From positions 714,003 to 778,002 of the forward strand of contig BCKQ01000003.1 in the NCBI GenBank assembly GCA_001600695.1: a DNA stretch of 64,000 nt, written 5' to 3'. A model generated the notes under the pieces. The model had not been told where the DNA came from. It saw only the letters and a list, made by a program, of their open reading frames with translations, and did no database searches. The stretch is from Ascoidea asiatica JCM 7603. Its lineage: Eukaryota; Fungi; Ascomycota. Of this stretch, positions 1-12,490 are shown in pieces. Position 1 is the stretch's first letter. Each line of letters starts with the position of its first letter. Made by a program: the position numbers and the translations under genes.

Positions 1-3000
1 AGAGGTTCTTGTCAGCATTGTCATTGTTTCAAGTTAAAAAAACGAATAGTCGATGAATATGCTTGCAAATTGAAGCTTGTACAATATGGGCTCTTAAAAG
101 AACTTACAGAATTTGAAGAAAAAGCTATTAGTAATAGTGTCGAAGCCGATGAAGAAGATGGAAAAGCAAATAAGGCAAAACTTCAAAAATTAAGAGATTA
201 CACTGAACAATCAATAAAAAATGCTTTAGATGAGGGTAAAACAACAAAAAGTGGTCTTTTGAGTTCAACAATTCAAGAAACAAGAAAACAAATAATTAAA
301 GAATTTTATACTCTTTGTAAACTGTCTAAAAGATGTTCAAATTGTAATAAGTTTTCTCCACTTTATAGAACTGATGGATTTTCCAAGATTTTTGAATTGC
401 CTTTGAATCTTAAACAAATGAGCCACAATAATTCAATTAAAGACACTGAGGATGTTCTTGAAGGAAGTAATATTGCTAAAAAAAAAGCCGAACTAGTTAA
501 AGCTAAATCAAGATATGTATTATCCACTGAAGTGAGAGATATTTTAAGATCTGTTTTCAAAACCGAGCAAGATGTAATTCAAATGTTGTATAATTCTAGA
601 CCTGCAACTTGTAGAAAAAAAGAATATATAAGTGCTGATATTTTTTTTCTTCATTGTTTAATTGTTCCACCAACAAGATTTAGACTTCCTTCAAAAATGG
701 GGGATGAAATTCATGAAAATGTTCAAAATACTATCCTTTCTGGAATTTTGGCTGCAAATATTCAAATCAAAGAAATTAATGAAAGAATGTTAAATTTTGA
801 AAAAGATAAAGACACTGATGAGGATAAAAGATTACTTTTCAATAGATTAATGAATGCATTCATTTCCTTACAAAATTCTGTTAATGGTTTTATTGATGCC
901 TCAAAGAATTCAAACAATATTAGAAATCCTCCACCTGGTATAAAACAAGCTTTGGAAAAAAAAGAAGGTTTATTTAGAAAGCATATGATGGGTAAGCGTG
1001 TCAATTATGCTGCCAGATCTGTTATTTCTCCAGATCCACTTATTCAAACCAATCAAGTTGCAGTTCCACCTGTGTTTGCTAAAAAATTAACATTTCCGGA
1101 GCCAGTCACCTCATATAATGCTACTCAGTTACGTCAATTTGTTATTAATGGTCCAGATAAATGGCCAGGTGCTGTACAAATTCAAAATGAAGATGGCTCT
1201 TTAATATCTTTAATTGGAATGTCCTTAGAACAAAGAAAAGCCTTAGCCAATCAATTAACAACACCTTCCGTTTATAATCCTGCTTATAGTACCATTAATA
1301 AAAAAGTTTTTCGTCATATTAATAATTCTGATATAGTTCTTATGAATCGTCAACCAACTTTACATAAAGCTTCTATGATGGGTCACAGAGTTAGGGTTTT
1401 GGCAGGTCAAAAAACAATCAGAATTCATTATGCTAATACTGGTGCTTATAATGCTGATTTTGATGGTGATGAAATGAATATGCATTTTCCACAATCTCAA
1501 ATGGCAAGAGCTGAGGCTTTCAACTTAGCTAATACTGACTCTCAATATTTAACACCCACTTCAGGTTCTCCTGTTAGAGGGTTGATTCAAGATCATCTTT
1601 CTGCAGGTGTTTGGTTAACTAAGAAAGACTCTTTTTTTGATAGAGAGAAATATCAAAATTTTGTGTATAATTGTTTAAAACCTGAAGATGGACATACCAA
1701 CTCTAATAGAATCAAAACTCTTCCTCCCGCTGTTTTCAAACCTGTCCCATTATGGACAGGAAAACAGATAATTTCTACTATTTTATTAAATGTTAAACCC
1801 ATTGAAATGCCTGGTATTAATGTAACTTCCAAAAATAAGATTAAAAATGATTATTGGGGTAAAGGATCTCAGGAAAATATGGTTTTAGTCAAAAATGGAG
1901 AATTATTATGTGGTATTTTAGATAAATCACAATATGGTGCTACAAAATATGGTATTATTCATGCCATTCAAGAACTTTATGGACCTGACATTGCAGGTAA
2001 TTGTTTATCTGTTCTTTCCAAATTATTCACAACTTATAATCAAGAAAATGCCCTTACTTGTGGTATGGATGATTTGAGATTAACTGAAGAAGGTGATAAA
2101 TGGCGTAAAACAATATTGAAAGAATCAGATGATACAGGTAGAGTTGTTGCTGCTGATGTTACAAATTTAGATCCATCAACACCATCTGATGATAAAGAGC
2201 TTCTTAAAAGAATTGAAGAAATTACTAGAGATGCTAATAAATTAGCAGTTCTTGATTCATCAGCACAATCAGCTCTTGCTTCTATTCAATCTAAAGTTGA
2301 TATGAAATGTGTTCCGGCCGGTACTATGAAACCATTTCCTTCAAATGCTATGCAAATGATGTCTTTATCTGGTGCTAAAGGTAGTTCAGTTAATGTTTCC
2401 CAAATTATGTGTCTTCTAGGACAACAAGCTTTGGAAGGTAAGAGAGTACCTATTATGGTTTCAGGTAAATCACTTCCATGTTTCAAACCATATGATATAA
2501 GTTCAAGAGCCGGTGGCTTTATTAAACAGCGTTTCTTCTCTGGTCTTCGACCTCAAGAATATTATTTTCATTGTATGGCAGGTAGAGAAGGTTTGATTGA
2601 TACTGCTGTTAAAACGGCCAATTCTGGTTATTTACAAAGATGTTTAATTAAACAATTAGAGGGTGTACATGTATCATACGATAACACTATTAGAAATTCA
2701 GATGGTAATTTAATCGAATTTTTATATGGAGGTGACTCAGTTGATGTTATTAAAGAATCTTACTTGCAACAATTTACCTTTTGTTTGGAAAATTATGATG
2801 CTTTAGTCAAAAAATATGATCCTGCATCTTTGAATAATCATCTTGATCTTGATGAAGCAGCAAAATATTCGAAAGAAGTTAGAAATGAATTAGCAAGTCA
2901 AGAGGACACACCATCATATTTAAAAACTGTTGAGTTTGATCCTACGATTAGTGTGTATAATCCAGCTAGATATCTTGGAGCTGTGTCGGAGACATTTGAA

Positions 3001-4695
3001 TCTTCTATGGAAAAATATATTGAAGAGAATAGAAAACTTTTCCATATTGATGGTTCTCATAAAAGTATAAGAAAGAAATTTAGAGCTCTAATGCAACTTA
3101 AATATATGAAGTCTTTAATTCCACCAGGAGAACCAGTAGGAATTATTGCTGGTCAGTCAGTTGGAGAACCTTCTACTCAAATGACCTTAAATACTTTCCA
3201 TTTCGCTGGTCATGGTGCCGCAAATGTTACTTTAGGTATTCCTCGTCTTAGAGAAATTGTTATGACTGCTTCTTCTTCTATAAAAACTCCATTAATGACA
3301 TTACCAATTCGAGATGATGTTTCCGATGAAATTGCAGATGCATTTTGCCGTAATGTATCAAGAATTCATTTTGCTGAAGTTATTGATAAAGTTACTGTTA
3401 TAGAAACCAGTGGAACAGTTGATGCCTCAAAAACTTATCATGTTCATATTCAATTTTTCACTCGAAAAGAATATAATGAAGAACATGATATTGATCTGCA
3501 GGAATTAGTAGATTGTATAACTTCAAAATTACTTTTTGAATTAGACCAGGTACTAACAACAGAAATCAAAAAACAGAACACCATAGCGAAACAGGTTGAT
3601 ATAAGTAAGCCCGCTGAAGGTTCTGTATTACAAATTAGTGAACTTGAAGATGGTGGATCTAGTAAGAAAAATGCCGATATGGATGGTGACACAGAAAAAG
3701 AACGTTCAAAGGGTAAACAATCAATTTCATATGATGAACCTGATGAAGAAGAAGTTGAATTAATGAAAGACCATGAAGCTACTTCTGATGAAGATAACTT
3801 CAATTCTTCCAGTGATTCGGATTCTGACTCAGATTCAGATACTGATAGTAATTCAGGGTCAGATTCAAGTTCTGATTCTGAATCGGAGGCTAAATCAAAT
3901 TCGGCTAAAACAAAAAAAACTAAAAAAGTAAGGGGAAATACTGATTTAGATGGAGATGTTGATATGGAAGAAGAAACTATTGATTCTCAAGATTTTTCAG
4001 CAAAAACCCTTTCAGCCAAAGAGCGTGAATCAGCTACAATTGGAAGTAGAAGATATCTTTCTAGCTTCAATTTTGATGATGAAAATGGAGAATGGTGTGA
4101 TTTTTCTATTTCATTAGCATCAGAAACTGAAAAAATTCTTTTACTTCAAATAATTGAGGGAATTGCTAAAAAAGTAGTTTTAAGAGAAATAGAAAATATC
4201 TCTCATTGTTATCATCCACCTGTTGATAAAACTACAAACAAAAGGGTTTTGACAACAGCAGGTGTTAATTTCCAAGCAATGTGGTTAGAAAGAGAAGTAA
4301 TAGATGTCAATGGTATAACATCCAATGATGTTTATGCAGTCTTAAAAACATATGGTGTTGAAGCTGCCAGAAATACAATTGTCAATGAAATTTATAATGT
4401 TTTCGACAAATATGCTATTAGTGTCAGTTCTCGTCATTTGGATTTGATAGCTGATTTCATGACAAGAGAAGGTACATATCTCGCCTTCAACCGTCAAGGT
4501 ATTGCTTCTTCCACGTCACCTTTCATGAAAATGAGTTATGAAACCACTTGTAAGTTTTTAACAGAAGCAGTTTTAGATGGCTCCAGAGACGGATTGGAGA
4601 GTCCTTCAGCCAGACTTGTTATAGGTAAATTATCCAACGTTGGTACTGGTAGTTTTGATGTGCTAGCTAAAATGCCAATTGACAATGAAGAATGA
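1..4695 (+). CDS. RPA190: RNA polymerase I largest subunit (5' end lies upstream of the window)
   Basis: The frame is open from base 1 (RGSCQHCHCF...), so the TTG start at 70 is not the real start. Motifs: GLFRKHMMGKRVNYAARSVISPD, NRQPTLH, catalytic YNADFDGDEMN, trigger loop QMTLNTFHFAGHGAANVTLGIPRL, and the acidic expander region typical of Pol I. Confidence 0.97.
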   Translation, partial: RGSCQHCHCFKLKKRIVDEYACKLKLVQYGLLKELTEFEEKAISNSVEADEEDGKANKAKLQKLRDYTEQSIKNALDEGKTTKSGLLSSTIQETRKQIIKEFYTLCKLSKRCSNCNKFSPLYRTDGFSKIFELPLNLKQMSHNNSIKDTEDVLEGSNIAKKKAELVKAKSRYVLSTEVRDILRSVFKTEQDVIQMLYNSRPATCRKKEYISADIFFLHCLIVPPTRFRLPSKMGDEIHENVQNTILSGILAANIQIKEINERMLNFEKDKDTDEDKRLLFNRLMNAFISLQNSVNGFIDASKNSNNIRNPPPGIKQALEKKEGLFRKHMMGKRVNYAARSVISPDPLIQTNQVAVPPVFAKKLTFPEPVTSYNATQLRQFVINGPDKWPGAVQIQNEDGSLISLIGMSLEQRKALANQLTTPSVYNPAYSTINKKVFRHINNSDIVLMNRQPTLHKASMMGHRVRVLAGQKTIRIHYANTGAYNADFDGDEMNMHFPQSQMARAEAFNLANTDSQYLTPTSGSPVRGLIQDHLSAGVWLTKKDSFFDREKYQNFVYNCLKPEDGHTNSNRIKTLPPAVFKPVPLWTGKQIISTILLNVKPIEMPGINVTSKNKIKNDYWGKGSQENMVLVKNGELLCGILDKSQYGATKYGIIHAIQELYGPDIAGNCLSVLSKLFTTYNQENALTCGMDDLRLTEEGDKWRKTILKESDDTGRVVAADVTNLDPSTPSDDKELLKRIEEITRDANKLAVLDSSAQSALASIQSKVDMKCVPAGTMKPFPSNAMQMMSLSGAKGSSVNVSQIMCLLGQQALEGKRVPIMVSGKSLPCFKPYDISSRAGGFIKQRFFSGLRPQEYYFHCMAGREGLIDTAVKTANSGYLQRCLIKQLEGVHVSYDNTIRNSDGNLIEFLYGGDSVDVIKESYLQQFTFCLENYDALVKKYDPASLNNHLDLDEAAKYSKEVRNELASQEDTPSYLKTVEFDPTISVYNPARYLGAVSETFESSMEKYIEENRKLFHIDGSHKSIRKKFRALMQLKYMKSLIPPGEPVGIIAGQSVGEPSTQMTLNTFHFAGHGAANVTLGIPRLREIVMTASSSIKTPLMTLPIRDDVSDEIADAFCRNVSRIHFAEVIDKVTVIETSGTVDASKTYHVHIQFFTRKEYNEEHDIDLQELVDCITSKLLFELDQVLTTEIKKQNTIAKQVDISKPAEGSVLQISELEDGGSSKKNADMDGDTEKERSKGKQSISYDEPDEEEVELMKDHEATSDEDNFNSSSDSDSDSDSDTDSNSGSDSSSDSESEAKSNSAKTKKTKKVRGNTDLDGDVDMEEETIDSQDFSAKTLSAKERESATIGSRRYLSSFNFDDENGEWCDFSISLASETEKILLLQIIEGIAKKVVLREIENISHCYHPPVDKTTNKRVLTTAGVNFQAMWLEREVIDVNGITSNDVYAVLKTYGVEAARNTIVNEIYNVFDKYAISVSSRHLDLIADFMTREGTYLAFNRQGIASSTSPFMKMSYETTCKFLTEAVLDGSRDGLESPSARLVIGKLSNVGTGSFDVLAKMPIDNEE

Positions 4696-5209
4696 ATCGA
4701 TTCTTTTTCTTCTAGTTCTTTTTGTTTTATATAATATTAGTAGAATTGAGTTTTATTTGAAATTTGTGTTTTTGTGTTTCAACTTCAGAAAAAAAAAATA
4801 AAAATTTTGAAAATTAGAAAAAATTAAAAAAAAAATTTAAAATATTTGAAATCTTTGCTAGGAGAACCACAAAGTCGGTTTTGACCCCAAAACTTTGGTG
4901 TCTGCAGACCAATGTCCTAAAAGGTATGTGTGTTTGGATGGATGCGCCTGACTACCGAAACCATTGTAGCGGGTCTGTTATTTTTTTCATTGTTTGTTTA
5001 CATTTTGAACTTTTAGCTTTATTTATTTCGATAAGCTTGGAACTTGATTTAAACATTTGTCAAACGATTGACTGAATAATATAAAGAGGTAAAATTACTT
5101 TCTTTTAGTTTTTTTTTATTTTTTTTTTTTCACTCATCATTATTTTTTTTTTTTTCACTGTCTTGTATTATTGGTCGGGAGAAATCTAGTTCTATTTATT
5201 GTATATTTA

Positions 5210-6958
5210 ATGGAAGAATTCAGATTGTCTCAGTTGGACACAATTCCAAAAATAAATGCAATTGAATATGAAAGAACTATAGGCCAAGGGACATTTGCAT
5301 TGTAAGTAAATAATCAATTGGTTTTCTTTTTAAGTTTTATTTTTTCTTTTTCATGAATTCTAATAATTTGCAATAATTTACTAATTCAATGTTATAGAGT
5401 TAAATCAGCTTACTTAAAATCCAAACCTAGTACTGTATTTGCAATCAAATTCATTCATAGAAGAATATGCCACCAGCATGGATTATCTGATGATGATATT
5501 GGTAGAGAATTTATAATTCATCGTGAGTGTAGTGGTCATCCGAATATAATAAAATTGGCAGATGTTGGTAATAATCGTAGTTGGTTATGGATAGTTATGG
5601 AACTAGCAAGTAGTGGTGATTTATTCGATAAAATTGAACCTGATATTGGTGTACCACAAGATATAGCACATTTTTATTTTAAACAGCTAATATCAGCTGT
5701 TAGTTTTATTCATTCAAAAGGAGTTTCTCATAGAGATATAAAACCGGAAAATATATTGCTAGATAGAAATGGAAATTTAAAGTTGGCTGATTTTGGTCTA
5801 GCAACTGTTTTTAAATCTGGAAAAGGTATCAAAAAACGATCTCATAGAAAATGTGGATCTCCACCATATATGGCTCCAGAAATAATATATTCAAATGAAA
5901 AAGGATATGAAGCAGAAAAGACTGATATTTGGTCTTGTGGAGTTGTTCTATTTGTATTATTAACTGGTGAAACTCCATGGGATGAACCAAGTACAGAAGA
6001 TAAATTATTCATGCGATTTGTCAATAATAAATATTTGAATACATCTCCTTGGGATAGATTACCAATATTAATATTAAGTTTATTGAAATCAATATTTAAA
6101 ATAGACACCGAAGAAAGATTTGGATTGAAATTGATTAGAAAACATCTTTGGGTTAATCAAAATAATAGTTTAATTGATACAAAAGGTTTATGCAAAGATA
6201 CAGAAGTTTTAACAAAGAAATTATTATCAAATTTACATATAGGATTATCAGATGAAGATATAAAAAGAACCAAATATGAAGTTTTATCATCACAAATAAA
6301 TTCTGTTAAAGAAGATAATCAAAAAGGTGGAAAAAAAATTGATAAATTATCATATAGTCAACCAATGGTTGATATTGCTTCAATGGTTGATGATGAAAAA
6401 GATAATTATTATCAATTTGATATTAATAACATTCCTGCAACTCAAGAATATAATCATAGTAAAGAATATGAAAATGATAAAATGGAAAGTTATAAAGAAA
6501 AAAATGAAGATTTATTAATTTATGAATATGTTTCAAAAGATCCTTCAGTTTTACAATTTTTGAATAATAATAAAAATTCAAATAATTTTAAGACTTTTGA
6601 AATGAATTTAGTTGATAGATTAACAAGATTTTTTTCAGTTTTACCATTAGAAACATTAATATCAATAATTTCAGATTCATTATATAGAATGGGTATACCA
6701 GTTTCAAATGATTATATTGAAGAAAGATTATTAGAAGAAGAAGAATTTAAAAGTTTTAAACCTATTAATATTGGAATTCAATTAATAGATAGTAGAAAAA
6801 TGATGTTAAGAGGTAGTATTAAAATAACAAAAATTAAAAATTTAAATTTAAAAAAAATTGATTTCATTAAAACTAAAGGAGATCCTTTGGAATGGAGAAG
6901 ATTTTTTAAAAAAATGGCAGTTTTATGTAGAGAAGTAGTTTATATAGATAGAAAATAG
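5210..6958 (+). CDS. CHK1: Checkpoint Ser/Thr kinase Chk1; two exons 5210..5301 + 5398..6958 (550 aa)
   Basis: Exon 1 encodes the Gly loop (IGQGTFA). Splicing restores ...GTFALVKSAYLK...FAIKF in frame with the 5555 ORF. HRDIKPEN, DFG, GSPPYMAPE present. Chk1 C-terminal motifs RLTRFFS and GDPLEWRRFFKK present. Confidence 0.95.
5302..5397 (+). other. Spliceosomal intron of CHK1 (96 nt)
   Basis: GTAAGT donor at 5302, branch point TACTAAT at 5379-5385, TAG acceptor ending 5397; removal restores the kinase N-lobe reading frame. Confidence 0.92.
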
Positions 6959-7245
6959 TTTCATTAATTATTAAACTTTAAGTTTATAGAGATAGTTAGT
7001 AAATATAAAATTATATAAAACTGAAAATAAATCAAAAAATCAAAAAATAGAATTATATGAAATGCAAAATAACAATATTAATAGATTAAAGTTGAAAAAA
7101 AGGGTACATTAAAAGAGAATTAAAGATTAAAAGATTATATTATGAAAAGAGAAATTAATCAAGAGAACTTGAAAATAATCAATACAAAATCTTGAAAATG
7201 ACAATGACAAAAAGATTTTCTTGAAAAAAGAGAGAAATAAATTGA

Positions 7246-8097
7246 TTACCAACATTGATAACCACCATCTACAACAATATTTTCACCAGTTGTATAAGAA
7301 GAAGCAGTATGAGAAGCTAAATATAAAATAGTACCAACGAATTCTTTTGGTTTAGCCATTCTATGCATTGGGATTCTTGATTCCCAAGCATCTTTCATTT
7401 CTTGATTTGAACCAATAACATGTTGAGTTAATGGAGTTAAAATATAACCAGGAGATAAACAATTAACTCTAATATTATATTTAGCCCATTCAGTTGCAAA
7501 AGATTTAACAGCATGAATTACACCAGCTTTTGAAGCATTATAAGCAATTTGATTTTGAGGATAATTAACAATAACACCAGACATTGAACCAATTAAAATA
7601 AAAGAAGCAGGTTTTTTAGCATCAATTAAAGGTTTTGCCATAGCTTGAGTAAAAAATAAAGAACCAGTTAAATTAACATTAATTAAATCTTGTAATTTTT
7701 CTGGAGGATAATCAATTGCATCATAATTATTACAATAGCCAGCAGTATGAATTAATAAATCAGCAATTGAATTATGAAATTGATTGATTGAAGAAATGGT
7801 TTTAGTTATTTGATCATAATTTGTTACATTACATTCCCAAGCAGAAACTTTTTTGATACCTTTTGAAGTTTCAGTTGGAATATTATTATGAATGGCCCAT
7901 GAAATTAATTCATTTGCAGCTTTTTCAGTTGTTTGTTTATTCATATCAACTAAAGCAACAGAAGCACCTTGAGATAATAAAGCTTTATTTAAAACAGAAG
8001 CTAAACCACCTGAACCACCAGTAACAATAGCAACTCTATTGTCTAATCTAAAACTTGGAACAATGTCAGATACAGATTCAAAAACTTCAACTGTCAT
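7246..8097 (-). CDS. ARD1: D-arabinitol 2-dehydrogenase (short-chain dehydrogenase/reductase)
   Basis: TGGSGGL Rossmann motif, YNASK catalytic motif. SMSGVIVNYPQ, SPGYILTPLT and terminal VVDGGYQCW closely match yeast D-arabinitol 2-dehydrogenases (Candida ARD1/ARDH naming, not the S. cerevisiae acetyltransferase). Confidence 0.9.
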   Translation of the reverse strand: MTVEVFESVSDIVPSFRLDNRVAIVTGGSGGLASVLNKALLSQGASVALVDMNKQTTEKAANELISWAIHNNIPTETSKGIKKVSAWECNVTNYDQITKTISSINQFHNSIADLLIHTAGYCNNYDAIDYPPEKLQDLINVNLTGSLFFTQAMAKPLIDAKKPASFILIGSMSGVIVNYPQNQIAYNASKAGVIHAVKSFATEWAKYNIRVNCLSPGYILTPLTQHVIGSNQEMKDAWESRIPMHRMAKPKEFVGTILYLASHTASSYTTGENIVVDGGYQCW

Positions 8098-8980
8098 TTT
8101 TATTTGATTATCTAGCTAATTAGTTAATTAGTTATTTATTTATTTATGTTTTTATTTGAGAGTTATATTTTTAGTAAATTTTTAGCGAAAGTTTATTATT
8201 TGAGCACAAAAAAGCAAGTGGATAAACTTCAAAGAGATATTTTTATATGAGAGAAATCAATAATTTCAAAAAAAAATAGTTATACTAAAGCGAGAGATAT
8301 TTTGATTATTTTTATAATATAGGAGATACAAATATTTGAATTTTAAAGTGAAAGAAACAAATAAAAATAATGAAATAAAGATATAATGTTTATCAGAAGA
8401 AACGAGAATCTGAACTTTTTATATCCTTGCGAGTGAAGATGAAATGAAATAAGAGTGGAAACAGTACCGGGTACACATTTTGCAGTGTTAACTATGCTAA
8501 CTTTGTTAACAGAGTGGAAGCCTGTGGAGCCGAGAGAGCAGTGCATGACTTTGTCACTACGAACTAAAGAAGTTTGTAAGCAAATAAAGACAAATCATTA
8601 GAAAAAACTGGAATATTCATTTGAAGGGCTCGAATCAGAAGCAGAAACCAGAAAGCAAAAGGGAAGAATGAAAACAATCTGAATACTTTACCTGGATTGT
8701 TTTTTAAGCTTGTTTTAAAATCGGTATTTTTTTTTCTTATGCTTTTTCACCACAGAAAAAACAAAGCTTTTAGTCTCATCAAAAGAAAGAAAAAAGAAAA
8801 AATTGTAAAACAAAAGTAGAACTCAGCCAAAAAAGCAAAAAAAAACCAAAAGGCAAAAAGTAAATGCAAAAGAAGCCTGCAACAATTGCACAGTCCAGAC
8901 TTCAGCTAAAAAGAAATAATTTCAAATGGCTTCTTTTCGAAAGAATTTTCTGTTTCACCAGCAACTTTCAGCATTCGATT

Positions 8981-8992
8981 CCCCAGATTTAA
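8981..8992 (-). promoter_or_regulatory. Mig1/CreA-type glucose repression site upstream of the arabinitol dehydrogenase
   Basis: Minus strand reads TTAAATCTGGGG (AT box followed by SYGGGG); a second CTGGGG core lies at ~9031-9036. Confidence 0.45.
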
Positions 8993-9351
8993 GAGGATTT
9001 GCTGTATTTGAAGCAGGAGAAGTGTGCAACCCCCAGTTTGTGGATGGTGTTTGTGGCAGTGCCCTTGGTGTGGGCGGATTTTGTTTTTGGGTCATCGAAA
9101 AATAAAAGAAAAAGTTTCGGGGCGCAACGGGCCAGAGAACCCCCGAATGACCGAAATGTGCAAGAATCCCAAAACTCTTTGGATGACCCGAAAAGTCATC
9201 AAAGAAGAGACCCGCAGGTCACAAAATGTCAAATGAATTAATTGATTATTTACTCATTTATTACAAAAATAAATTATTTGAATATGTTTTTAGCATTCAA
9301 TTATTTATTATATTCAGTTATTTTAATCGAGTATTGCTTACCAAATTGAAA

Positions 9352-11769
9352 TTACATGTCATCGGATATTTTAAATTGAGCATCAATATCATCTATGGGA
9401 GTATCCTTTTTACTCTTAATATTCTGATGGTTTGTTTTATTATTTCGATCTTTATTTGTTTCTTCAATATTTTCCAATTCAATTCCATTTCCACTTTCAA
9501 TATCTCTTAGATTATTATTATTATTCCTATTTATATTATTATCTTCTCCACTTAATCTTGTATATCTCTGATAACCTTTAAATCTTGTGAACATTGATGT
9601 TTTAACACTATCGAAAATTAATCTTCTTTTAACCTTTCCTAATAATAAATATACTATAACAAATAACATTCCAAGAAAAACAAGTGATCCCCATAATCTA
9701 TGGTCATCAAATGTATCACTCCAAGAATCATCATCATCATCACCATCTTTATTTTCTTCGTCTTCTTTATCTCCATTATTTTTACCATTATAATAACTAT
9801 CATATCCTTCACTAACTTTTTCAATATCTTTATCATTTGAATAATCTCTTATATTAAATTCAGGTCTTGGTAAAATGCCAATTTCTTCACCTCCATAATT
9901 GAAATTTCCTCTTAAATCATAAAATCCAACTTTTGGTATATCATTTAAATAAAATTCTGTACCATTTTCAATTTCCCATTTTGCTAATTCTTTTTCATAT
10001 GATGAATATAAAACTGCTCTACCTAATGTCCATGAAAAATCTGATCCATTAATTTTTTCTGCAACATGAACTTTATTTTCTAATTTTAATTCTTTATTAT
10101 CTTCATCAATTCCATATCTTGGAAATCCTAATCCTTTATGTAATACTGTTAAAACCCATGATGATTTATAACATAATTCTGTTAATTCTTCATCTTTTAA
10201 ATCTGATAAATTCTTATTTGGATCACTTAATTCATCATTTAATTCATTATCTTTTCTTTTACTTTTATTTTTTTTATTTTTTTTATCATTGATTTTATTT
10301 AATTCATCCCATTTCATTTCACAAATTTCTTTACTTCTTTCATAAAATAAATCATATTTATAACCATTTGAATATTTATCAGAAATTTCATGATTTTCAT
10401 CTAAATTTAATAAATTTCCAATCGCATCCCAATATCCACTAACTCCAATAAAGTGATCTTTATTAAAATCAATTTGTGGAATTTCAACTTCTAATAAACA
10501 TTTTGATATATCTTTACTACCATTACATTTATTTTCATCATTTTTATTTTCTTCTTTAATTTTATCAATTAATAATGGATATAATGAATTTAAACATTCT
10601 GTAAAATTACCTGTACCTTCAATTGTTATTTTTTTCTCATAATCAATTAAAATATTATCATTAATTTTTTTTTTTAATCCAATTGGATAGCAAGGGTCTT
10701 GTATAATTAAATCATTATTATAATTTTCTCTTTCTTTTTCTTCTTCATTTTCTACTTCTTTATTTCCTTCTTGAGTATCTTCTGAATTAGATGACGATGA
10801 TGATGAACTTTTGATTAAATTACGAATATATTTATCATAAGATCTATAAATTCCATCACCTAAAAATGAAGTTGAATATAAATTATAATTGAATTCATTT
10901 GATAATTGAATTTTATATAATGAATTTGAATGTTTTTCAATTTCAGTTTTATTTGGTTGATATGCAATTTGTGTTGAAGCTCCACCCATATCCAATAAAC
11001 CATATGTATTATAATAATTTTCATCATTAATATTTAATAAAGTTGAAGTTAAATAATTTAATGATAACCAACCATATAAACCTTCAATTTCTCCATCAAT
11101 TATATTTATATGAGAATTACAATCTGGTAAATAAAATTTACTTTTTTTATTAATATATTTACAAATATTTGATAAAATATCGTTTTGTTCTTTAGGTTTT
11201 AATAATCTCATACCACCTGTTGAATGTAAAAAAATTGGAGTTCTAAAATGTTGATTTTCAGGTATAATTTTTTTGACATAATTTAATAAATATTTCATAT
11301 GATTTTTTCCAACATTTTTTGAATCCTTATTGAAAGTTGAAATTCCTGGTCTTATTTTTTTTTTCCAATTTTTATTACTTTTAATTTTTGGTAAATTTTT
11401 ATTTAATTCATCTAAATTGATTTTTGAATTGGAGTTTTTATTATTATTTTTATTTTTATTATTATCTTCATCATCACTATCGCTATCACTATCGCTATCA
11501 TCATCTTTATTCTTTTCTCTTTTGATATTTTTCTCATTTAAATCAATTCTTTCAATCAAATTAAGTTTAAGCTCATTATCTATTGATCTTTTATCAATAT
11601 TATTAATATTATTTTTAAGAATATATTGATAATCTAAATAATTATAAATATAAGCTCTTGAACCTTTTGAACCCGAATCAATAATTACAATATAATTATA
11701 TGGTAATTTTTGAGAATTGAAGACAGGTGCTTCATCTAAATTTTTTTTTCTTTTAATAAGTACAGTCAT
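9352..11769 (-). CDS. YND1: GDA1/CD39-family apyrase, Ynd1-like, with a C-terminal transmembrane anchor
   Basis: Apyrase conserved regions IDSGSKGSR, STGGMRLL, IDGEIEGLYGWLSLNY, DMGGASTQ and SWTLG; hydrophobic LWGSLVFLGMLFVIVYLLL near the C-terminus. May be a paralogue rather than the orthologue. Confidence 0.85.
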   Translation of the reverse strand: MTVLIKRKKNLDEAPVFNSQKLPYNYIVIIDSGSKGSRAYIYNYLDYQYILKNNINNIDKRSIDNELKLNLIERIDLNEKNIKREKNKDDDSDSDSDSDDEDNNKNKNNNKNSNSKINLDELNKNLPKIKSNKNWKKKIRPGISTFNKDSKNVGKNHMKYLLNYVKKIIPENQHFRTPIFLHSTGGMRLLKPKEQNDILSNICKYINKKSKFYLPDCNSHINIIDGEIEGLYGWLSLNYLTSTLLNINDENYYNTYGLLDMGGASTQIAYQPNKTEIEKHSNSLYKIQLSNEFNYNLYSTSFLGDGIYRSYDKYIRNLIKSSSSSSSNSEDTQEGNKEVENEEEKERENYNNDLIIQDPCYPIGLKKKINDNILIDYEKKITIEGTGNFTECLNSLYPLLIDKIKEENKNDENKCNGSKDISKCLLEVEIPQIDFNKDHFIGVSGYWDAIGNLLNLDENHEISDKYSNGYKYDLFYERSKEICEMKWDELNKINDKKNKKNKSKRKDNELNDELSDPNKNLSDLKDEELTELCYKSSWVLTVLHKGLGFPRYGIDEDNKELKLENKVHVAEKINGSDFSWTLGRAVLYSSYEKELAKWEIENGTEFYLNDIPKVGFYDLRGNFNYGGEEIGILPRPEFNIRDYSNDKDIEKVSEGYDSYYNGKNNGDKEDEENKDGDDDDDSWSDTFDDHRLWGSLVFLGMLFVIVYLLLGKVKRRLIFDSVKTSMFTRFKGYQRYTRLSGEDNNINRNNNNNLRDIESGNGIELENIEETNKDRNNKTNHQNIKSKKDTPIDDIDAQFKISDDM

Positions 11770-12490
11770 AGTTTCTTTGTTTCTTTAATAATTGATGAAG
11801 GAGTTTATTTATTCAATGATTTATTGACTGATTGTTGATAGTAAATACAATTCCAATGAATAAATCAAATAATCAAATAATCAAATAAATAAATAATTTC
11901 ATAAATTCCTGTTTTTAGTGGGAAAATAAAACGGGTAGCTAAATAGAGATCTTCTGCCAGCGCATTTAATAACGGAGCTTAACAGCGGTAAGCTAGTAAA
12001 AACGAGATGGTTTTTCTACGGTGCTGTAGGGGTAAAAGTGAGTAAATATGAGGATGCAATTGCAAGACATTCATAAACACTCTGAAGTTATAAAATATAA
12101 GAGGCAAATATGAATTTGAAGTATAAATTAAGAACTAAGAACTAGAAGATTAAAGATAAAAGAAAGAAAGATTAAAGAAGATTAAAAAAGACTGGAAAGA
12201 GAAATGGAAATGGAGTTATAATTGTAAATGTAAGAACAAATTTTAAACTTGATTATGTATAGATATATATGTATATTTAAAAAAGGGATGATAATAGGAG
12301 AAAATATATTATTTATAATGGAATATAATGATTATTTAATGAATTAGTTGATTAATTAGTTAATCAGTTAATTAGTTAACGAAATGATGAATAGATGAAT
12401 TGATGAATTGATGTGATAATATAGGAGAATAAAATAAATAGATAAATAGATAAATAGAAAAAAATATATATAAAAGTTTTTTAATATAAA

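Noticed and set aside
363-3803. Short antisense ORFs inside RPA190 (and similar ones within CHK1, YND1, MPM1, FOL1, GAR1, Aquarius, MYO1, MMS1, BUD4)
   Set aside because: Shadow frames of real genes or of microsatellites (poly-L/I/F/Y); no independent coding signal.
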